Shown one piece after another: positions 50,001-62,000 of a DNA stretch of 64,000 nt (positions are counted from its first letter, which is position 1; the number at the start of each line of letters is the position of its first letter). The notes beneath the pieces are model-generated. The model made no database searches. It was not told where the DNA came from and worked only from the letters and a program-made list of their open reading frames with translations. Origin of the DNA: Eledone cirrhosa (Eukaryota); assembly GCA_964016885.1 (NCBI GenBank), contig OZ024742.1:323702001-323766000 (forward strand), read 5' to 3'. A program made the translations under genes and the position numbers.

Positions 50001-53000
50001 ACCGCCATCTACAACGCACTGCCACCATCTACATCGCCCTACCGCCATCTACAAAGCGCTACTGCCATCTACAACACACTACCGCCATCTACAACACACT
50101 ACTGCCATCTACAACACATTACTGCCATCTACAACACACTACTGCCATCTACAACACACTATCGCCATCTACAACACACTACTGCCATCTACAACAGACT
50201 ACCGCCATCTACAACACACTACCTCCATCTACAACACACTACCGCCATCTACAAAGCGCTACTGCCATCTACAACACACTACTGCCATCTACAACACACT
50301 TCCGCCATCTACCACACACTACCTCCATCTACAACACACTTCCGCCATCTACCACACACTACCTCCATCTACAACACACTACTGCCATCTACAACACACT
50401 ACTTTCATTTACAAAAGACTATCGCCATCTACAAAACACTACTGCCATCTACAACACACTACCTCCATCTACAACACACTACTTCCATCTACAACACACT
50501 ACCGCCGTCTACAACGCACTCCAGCCATCTACAACGCAGTACGGGCATCCACAACACACTACCACCATCTACAACACACTACCACCATCTACAACACACT
50601 ACTTCCGTCTACAACACACTACTTCCATCTACAACACACTACTTCCATCTACAATACACTACTGCCATCTACAACACATTACCTCCATCTATAACACACT
50701 ACTGCCATCTACACCACACTACCTCCATCTACAACACACTACCGCCATCTAAAACACACTACAGCCATCTACAACACACTACCGCCATCTACAACGCACT
50801 GCCGCCATCTACATCGACCTACCGCCATCTACAACACACTACTGCCATCTACACCACACTACCTCCATCTACAACACACTACCGCCATCTACAACACACT
50901 ACCGCCATCTACAACGCACTACCGCCATCTACATCGCACTACCGCCATCTACAAAGCGCTACTGCCATCTACAACACACTACTGCCATCTACAACACACT
51001 ACCACCATCTACAACACACTACCTCCATCTACAACACACTACTTCCATCTACAACAGACTACTTCTATCTACAACACACTACTGCCGTCTACAACGCACT
51101 CCCGCCATCCACAACGCACTACCGGCATCTACAACACACTACCACCATCTACAACACACTACCGCCATCTACAACACGCTACTTCCATCTAGAACACACT
51201 ACTTCCATCTACAACACACTACTTCCATCTACAACACACTACTGCCATCTACAACACGTTACCTCCATCTACAACACACTACTGCCATCTACAACACACT
51301 TCGCCATCTACAACACACTACCTCCATCTACAATACACTACTGCCATCTACAACACACTTCCGCCATCTACCATGCACTACCTCCATCTACAACACACTA
51401 CTGCCATCTACAACACACAACCGCCATCTACAAAACACTACTGCCATCTACAAAACACTACTGCCATCTACAACACAATACCACCATCTACAACATACTA
51501 CCTCCATCTACAACACACTTCCGCCATCTACCACACACTACCTCCATCTACAACACACTACTGCCATCTACAACACACTACTTTCATTTACAAAAGACTA
51601 TCGCCATCTACAAAACACTACTGCCATCTACAACACACTACCTCCATCTACAACACACTACTTCCATCTACAACACACTACCGCCGTCTACAACGCACTC
51701 CAGCCATCTACAACGCAGTACGGGCATCCACAACACACTACCACCATCTACAACACACTACCACCATCTACAACACACTACTTCCGTCTACAACACACTA
51801 CTTCCATCTACAACACACTACTTCCATCTACAATACACTACTGCCATCTACAACACATTACCTCCATCTATAACACACTACTGCCATCTACACCACACTA
51901 CCTCCATCTACAACACACTACCGCCATCTAAAACACACTACAGCCATCTACAACACACTACCGCCATCTACAACGCACTGCCGCCATCTACATCGACCTA
52001 CCGCCATCTACAACACACTACTGCCATCTACACCACACTACCTCCATCTACAACACACTACCGCCATCTACAACACACTACCGCCATCTACAACGCACTA
52101 CCGCCATCTACATCGCACTACCGCCATCTACAAAGCGCTACTGCCATCTACAACACACTACTGCCATCTACAACACACTACCACCATCTACAACACACTA
52201 CCTCCATCTACAACACACTACTTCCATCTACAACACACTACTTCTATCTACAACACACTACTGCCGTCTACAACGCACTCCCGCCATCCACAACGCACTA
52301 CCGGCATCTACAACACACTACCACCATCTACAACACACTACCGCCATCTACAACACGCTACTTCCATCTAGAACACACTACTTCCATCTACAACACACTA
52401 CTTCCATCTACAACACACTACTGCCATCTACAACACGTTACCTCCATCTACAACACACTACTGCCATCTACAACACACTTCGCCATCTACAACACACTAC
52501 CTCCATCTACAATACACTACTGCCATCTACAACACACTTCCGCCATCTACCATGCACTACCTCCATCTACAACACACTACTGCCATCTACAACACACAAC
52601 CGCCATCTACAAAACACTACTGCCATCTACAAAACACTACTGCCATCTACAACACAATACCACCATCTACAACATACTACCTCCATCTACAACATACTAC
52701 CTCCATCTACAACGCACTACTTCCATCTACAACACACTACTGCCGTCTACAACGCACTCCCGCCATCTACAACACACTACCGCCATCCACAACGCACTAC
52801 TGCAATCTTCAACACACTACTGCCATTCTACAACACACTACAGCCATCTTCAACACACTACTGCCATCTACAACACACTACTGCCATCTACAAAGCACTA
52901 CTGCCATCTACAACACACTACCGCCATCTACAACACACTACCGCCATCTACAACACACTATCGCCATCTACAACACACTACCGCCATCTACAACACACTA

Positions 53001-56000
53001 CCGCCATCTACAACACACTACCGCCATCTACAACACACTACCGCCATCTACAACACACTACCGCCATCTACAACACACTACCGCCATCTACAACACACTA
53101 CCGCCATCTACAACACACTACTTCCATCTACAACACACTACTTCCATCTACAACACACTACTGCCATCTACAACACATTACCTCCATCTACAACACACTA
53201 CTGCCATCTACACCACACTACCTCCATCTACAACACACTACCGCCATCTACAACACACTACCGCCATCTACAACGCACTACCGCCATCTACATCGCACTA
53301 CCGCCATCTACAAAGCGCTACTGCCATCTACAACACACTACTGCCATCTACAACACACTACCACCATCTACAACACAGTACCTCCATCTACAACACACTA
53401 CTTCCATCTACAACACACTACTTCCATCTACAACACACTACTGCCGTCTACAACGCACTCCCGCCATCCACAACGCACTACCGGCATCGACAACACACTA
53501 CCACCATCTACAACACACTACCGCCATCTACAACACGCTACTTCCATCTACAACACACTACTTCCATCTACAACACACTACTTCCATCTACAACACACTA
53601 CTGCCATCTACAACACACAACCGCCATCTACAAAACACTACTGCCATCTACAAAACACTACTGCCATCTACAACACAATACCACCATCTACAACATACTA
53701 CCTCCATCTACAACACACTTCTTCCATCTACAACACACTACTGCCGTCTACAACGCACTCCCGCCATCTACAACACACTACCGCCATCCACAACGCACTA
53801 CTGCCATCTTCAACACACTACCGCCATCCACAACGCACTACTGCCATCTTCAACACACTACTGCCATCTACAACACACTACCGCCATCTTCAACACACTA
53901 CTGCCATCTACAACACACTACTGCCATCTACAAAGCACTACTGCCATCTACAACACACTACCGCCATCTACAACAGACTACCGCCATCTACAACACACTA
54001 TCGCCATCTACAACACACTACCGCCATCTACAACACACTACCGCCATCTACAACACACTACCGCCATCTACAACACACTACCGCCATCTACAACACACTA
54101 CCGCCATCTACAACACACTACAGCCATCTACAACTCACTACTTCCATCTACAACACACTACTGCCATCTACAACACATTACCTCCATCTACAACACACTA
54201 CTGCCATCTACACCACACTACCTCCATCTACAACACACTACCGCCATCCACAACGCACTACCGCCATGTACATCGCACTACCGCCATCTACAAAACGCTA
54301 CTGCCATCTACAACACACTACTGCCATCTACAACACACTACCACCATCTACAACACAGTACCTCCATCTACAACACACTACTTCCATCTACAACACACTA
54401 CTTCCATCTACAACACACTACTGCCGTCTACAACGCACTCCCGCCATCCACAACGCACTACCGGCATCCACAACACACTACCACCATCTACAACACACTA
54501 CCGCCATCTACAACACGCTACTTCCATCTACAACACACTACTTCCATCTACAACACACTACTTCCATCTACAACACACTACTGCCATCTACAACACGTTA
54601 CCTCCATCTACAACACACTACTGCCATCTACACCACACTACCTCCATCTACAACACACTACCGCCGTCTAAAACACACTACAGCCATCTACAACACACTA
54701 CCGCCATCTACAACACACTACTGCCATCTACACCACACTACCTCCATCTACAACACACTACCGCCATCTACAACACACTACCGCCATCTACAACGCACTG
54801 CCGCCATCTATATCGCACTACCGCCATCTACAAAGCGCAACTGCCATCTACAACACACTACTGCCATCTACAACACACTATCGGCATCTACCACACACTA
54901 TCGCCATCTACAACACACTACTGCCATCTACAACACACTACTTCCATCTACAACACACTACTGCCATCTACAACACATTACCTCCATCTACAACACACTA
55001 CTGCCATCTACACCACACTACCTCCATCTACAACACACTACCGCCATCTAAAACACACTACAGCCATCTACAACACACTACCGCCATCTACAACACACTA
55101 CTGCCATCTACAACGCACTGCCGCCATCTACATCGCACTACCGCCATCTACAAAGCGCTACTGCCATCTACAACACACTATCGCCATCTACAACACACTA
55201 TCGCCATCTACAACACACTACTGCCATCTACAACACACTACTGCCATCTACAACACACTACTTTCATTTACAAAAGACTATCGCCATCTACAAAACACTA
55301 CTGCCATCTACAACACACTACCTCCATCTACAACACACTACTTCCATCTACAATACACTACTGCCATCTACAACACATTACCTCCATCTATAACACACTA
55401 CTGCCATCTACACCACACTACAGCCATCTACAACACACTACCGCCATCTACAACGCACTGCCGCCATCTACATCGACCTACCGCCATCTACAACACACTA
55501 CTGCCATCTACACCACACTACCTCCATCTACAACACACTACCGCCGTCTACAACACACTACCGCCATCTACAACGCACTACCGCCATCTACAACACACTA
55601 TCGCCATCTACCACACACTATCGCCATCTACAACACACTACTGCCATCTACAACACACTACTTCCATCTGCAACACACTACTTCCATCTACAACACACTA
55701 CTGCCATCTACAACACATTACCTCCATCTACAACACACTACTGCCATCTACAACACACTACCACCATCTACAACACACTACCTCCATCTACAACACACTA
55801 CTTCCATCTACAACACACTACTTCTATCTACAACACACTACTGCCGTCTACAACGCACTCCCGCCATCTACAACGCACTACCGGCATCCACAACACACTA
55901 CCACCATCTACAACACACTACCGCCATCTACAACACGCTACTTTTATCTACAACACACTACTTCCATCTACAACACACTACTTCCATCTACAACACACTA

Positions 56001-59000
56001 CTGCCATCTATAACACGTTACCTCCATCTACAACACACTACTGCCATCTACACCACACTACCTCCATCTACAACACACTACCGCCGTCTAAAACACACTA
56101 CAGCCATCTACAACACACTACCGCCATCTACAACACACTACCGCCATCTACAACACACTACTGCCATCTACACCACCCTACCTCCATCTACAACACACTA
56201 CCGCCATCTACAACACACTACCGCCATCTACAACGCACTGCCGCCATCTATATCGCACTACCGCCATCTACAAAGCGCAACTGCCATCTACAACACACTA
56301 CTGCCATCTACAACACACTACTTCCATCTGCAACACACTACTTCCATCTACAACACACTACTGCCATCTACAACACATTACCTCCATCTACAACACACTA
56401 CTGCCATCTACAACACACTACAGCCATCTACAACACACTACCGCCATCTACAACACACTACTGCCATCTACAACGCACTGCCGCCATCTACATCGCACTA
56501 CCGCCATCTACAAAGCGCTACTGCCATCTACAACACACTATCGCCATCTACAACACACTATCGCCATCTACAACACACTACTGCCATCTACAACACACTA
56601 CTGCCATCTACAACACACTACTTTCATTTACAAAAGACTATCGCCATCTACAAAACACTACTGCCATCTACAACACACTACCTCCATCTACAACACACAC
56701 TACTTCCATCTACAACACACTACCGCCGTCTACAACGCACTCCAGCCATCTACAACGCAGTACCGGCATCCACAACCCACTACCACCATCTACAACACAC
56801 TACCGCCATCTACAACACACTACTTCCATCTACAACACACTACTGCCATCTACAACACACTACCGCCATCTAAAACACACTACAGCCATCTACAACACAC
56901 TACCGCCATCTACAATGCACTGCCTCCATCTACATCGCCCTACCGCCATCTACAAAGCGCTACTGCCATCTACAACACACTACCGCCATCTACAACACAC
57001 TACTGCCATCTACAACACACTACTGCCATCTACAACACACTACTGCCATCTACAACACACTATCGCCATCTACAACACACTACTGCCATCTACAACAGAC
57101 TACTGCCATCTACAACACACTACCTCCATCTACAACACACTACCGCCATCTACAAAGCGCTACTGCCATCTACAACACACTACTGCCATCTACAACATAC
57201 TACTGCCATCTACAACACACTACTGCCATCTACAACACACTACTGCCATCTACAACACACTACTTCCATCTACAACACACTACTGCCATCTACAACACAC
57301 TACCTCCATCTACAACACACTACCGCCATCTACAACGCACTACCGCCATGTACATCGCCCTACCGCCATCTACAAAGCGCTACTGCCATCTACAACACAC
57401 TACTGCCATCTACAACACACTACCACCATCTACAACACAGTACCTCCATCTACAACACACTACTTCCATCTACAACACACTACTTCCATCTACAACACAC
57501 TACTGCCGTCTACAACGCACTCCCGCCATCCATAACGCACTACCGGCATCCACAACACACTACCACCATCTACAACACACTACCGCCATCTACAACACGC
57601 TACTTCCATCTACAACACACTACTTCCATCTACAACACACTACTTCCATCTACAACACACTACTGCCATCTACAACACGTTACCTCCATCTACAACACAC
57701 TACTGCCATCTACACCACACTACCTCCATCTACAACACACTACCGCCGTCTAAAACACACTACAGCCATCTACAACACACTACCGCCATCTACAACACAC
57801 TACTGCCATCTACACCACACTACCTCCATCTACAACACACTACCGCCATCTACAACACACTACCGCCATCTACAACGCACTGCCGCCATCTATATCGCAC
57901 TACCGCCATCTACAAAGCGCAACTGCCATCTACAACACACTACTGCCATCTACAACACACTATCGCCATCTACCACACACTATCGCCATCTACAACACAC
58001 TACTGCCATCTACAACACACTACTTCCATCTACAACACACTACTGCCATCTACAAAACATTACCTCCATCTACAACACACTACTGCCATCTACACCACAC
58101 TACCTCCATCTACAACACACTACCGCCATCTAAAACACACTACAGCCATCTACAACACACTACCGCCATCTACAACACACTACTGCCATCTACAACGCAC
58201 TGCCGCCATCTACATCGCACTACCGCCATCTACAAACCGCTACTGCCATCTACAACACACTATCGCCATCTACAACACACTATCGCCATCTACAACACAC
58301 TACTGCCATCTACAACACACTACTGCCATCTACAACACACTACTTTCATTTACAAAAGACTATCGCCATCTACAAAACACTACTGCCATCTACAACACAC
58401 TACCTCCATCTACAACACACTACTTCCATCTACAACACACTACCGCCGTCTACAACGCACTCCAGCCTTCTACAACGCAGTACCGGCATCCACAACACAC
58501 TACCACCATCTACAACACACTACCGCCATCTACAACACACTACTTCCATCTACAACACACTACTTCCATCTACAACACACTACTTCCATCTACAATACAC
58601 TACTGCCATCTACAACACATTACCTCCATCTATAACACACTACTGCCATCTACACCACACTACCTCCATCTACAACACACTACCGTCATCTAAAACACAC
58701 TACAGCCATCTACAACACACTACCGCCATCTACAACGCACTGCCGCCATCTACAACGCACTGCCGCCATCTACATCGACCTACCGCCATCTACAACACAC
58801 TACTGCCATCTACACCACACTACCTCCATCTACAACACACTACCGCCGTCTACAACACACTACCGCCATCTACAACGCACTACCGCCATCTACATCGCAC
58901 TACCGCCATCTACAAAGCGCTACTGCCATCTACAACACACTACTGCCATCTACAACACACTACCACCATCTACAACACACTACCTCCATCTACAACACAC

Positions 59001-62000
59001 TACTTCCATCTACAACACACTACTTCTATCTACAACACACTACTGCCGTCTACAACGCACTCCCGCCATCTACAACGCACTACCGGCATCCACAACACAC
59101 TACCACCATCTACAACACACTACCGCCATCTACAACACGCTACTTCTATCTACAACACACTACTTCCATCTACAACACACTACTTCCATCTACAACACAC
59201 TACTGCCATCTATAACACGTTACCTCCATCTACAACACACTACTGCCATCTACACCACACTACCTCCATCTACAACACACTACCGCCGTCTAAAACACAC
59301 TACAGCCATCTACAACACACTACCGCCATCTACAACACACTACCGCCATCTACAACACACTACTGCCATCTACACCACACTACCTCCATCTACAACACAC
59401 TACCGCCATCTACAACACACTACCGCCATCTACAACGCACTGCCGCCATCTATATCGCACTACCGCCATCTACAAAGCGCAACTGCCATATACAACACAC
59501 TACTGCCATCTACAACACACTATCGCCATCTACCACACACTATCGCCATCTACAACACACTACTGCTATCTACAACACACTACTTCCATCTGCAACACAC
59601 TACTTCCATCTACAACACACTACTGCCATCTACAACACATTACCTCCATCTACAACACACTACTGCCATCTACAACACACTACCTCCATCTACAACACAC
59701 TACCGCCATCTAAAACACACTACAGCCATCTACAACACACTACCGCCATCTACAACACACTACTGCCATCTACAACGCACTGCCGCCATCTACATCGCAC
59801 TACCGCCATCTACAAAGCGCTACTGCCATCTACAACACACTATCGCCATCTACAACACACTATCGCCATCTACAACACACTACTGCCATCTACAACACAC
59901 TACTGCCATCTACAACACACTACTTTCATTTACAAAAGACTATCGCCATCTACAAAACACTACTGCCATCTACAACACACTACCTCCATCTACAACACAC
60001 TACTTCCATCTACAACACACTACCGCCGTCTACAACGCACTCCAGCCATCTACAACGCAGTACCGGCATCCACAACCCACTACCACCATCTACAACACAC
60101 TACCGCCATCTACAACACACTACTTCCATCTACAACACACTACTTCCATCTACAACACACTACTGCCATCTACAACACATTACCTCCATCTATAACACAC
60201 TACTGCCATCTACAACACACTACCGCCATCTAAAACACACTACAGCCATCTACAACACACTACCGCCATCTACAACGCACTGCCGCCATCTACATCGCCC
60301 TACCGCCATCTACAAAGCGCTACTGCCATCTACAACACACTACCGCCATCTACAACACACTACTGCCATCTACAACACACTACTGCCATCTACAACACAC
60401 TACTGCCATCTACAACACACTATCGCCATCTACAACACACTACTGCCATCTACAACAGACTACCGCCATCTACAACACACTACCTCCATCTACAACAAAC
60501 TACCGCCATCTACAAAGCGCTACTGCCATCTACAACACACTACTGCCATCTACAACATACTACTGCCATCTACAACACACTACTGCCATCTACAACACAC
60601 TACTGCCATCTACAACACACTACTTCCATCTACAACACACTACTGCCATCTACAACACACTACCTCCATCTACAACACACTACTGCCATCTACAACACAC
60701 TTCCGCCATCTACCACACACTACCTCCATCTACAACACACTTCCGCCATCTACCACACACTACCTCCATCTACAACACACTACTGCCATCTACAACACAC
60801 TACTGCCATCTACAACATACTACTGCCATCTACAACATACTACTGCCATCTACAACATACTACTGCCATCTACAACACACTACTTCCATCTACAACACAC
60901 TACTTCCATCTACAACACACTACTGCCATCTACAACACACTACCTCCATCTACAACACACTACTGCCATCTACAACACTATACTGCCATCTACAACACAC
61001 TACTGCCATCTACAACATACTACTGCCATCTACAACACACTACTGCCATCTACAACACACTACTGCCATCTACAACACACTACTGCCATCTACAACACAC
61101 TACTGCCATCTACAACAGACTACCGCCATCTACAACACACTACCGCCATCTACAACGCACTGCCGCCATCTACATCGACCTACCGCCATCTACAACACAC
61201 TACTGCCATCTACACCACACTACCTCCAATCTACAACACACTACCGCCATCTACAACACACTACCGCCATCTACAACGCACTACCGCCATCTACATCGCA
61301 CTACCGCCATCTACAAAGCGCTACTGCCATCTACAACACACTACTGCCATCTACAACACACTAGCACCATCTACAACACACTACCTCCATCTACAACACA
61401 CTACTTCCATCTACAACACACTACTTCCATCTACAACACACTACTGCCGTCTACAACGCACTCCCGCCATCCACAACGCACTACCGGCATCCACAACACA
61501 CTACCACCATCTACAACACACTACCGCCATCTACAACAAGCTACTTCCATCTACAACACACTACTTCCATCTACAACACACTACTTCCATCTACAACACA
61601 CTACTTCCATCTACAACACGTTACCTCCATCTACAACACACTACTGCCATCTACACCACACTACCTCCATCTACAACACACTACCGCCGTCTAAAACACA
61701 CTACACCCATCTACAACACACTACCGCCTTCTACAACACACTACTGCCATCTACACCACACTACCTCCATCTACAACACACTACCGCCATCTACAACACA
61801 CTACCGCCATCTACAACGCACTGCCGCCATCTATATCGCACTACCGCCATCTACAAAGCGCAACTGCCATCTACAACACACTACTGCCATCTACAACACA
61901 CTATCGCCATCTACCACACACTATCGCCATCTACAACACACTACTGCCATCTACAACACACTACTTCCATCTACAACACACTACTTCCATCTACAACACA

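Noticed and set aside
2235-58133. All supplied ORFs (132-1481 aa; mucin-like His/Thr-rich repeats) as genes
   Set aside because: They overlap in different frames with the same peptide and start at sporadic variant ATGs. They have no unique N- or C-terminus or signal peptide. The 20-bp period and the 1- to 3-bp indels show no codon constraint.
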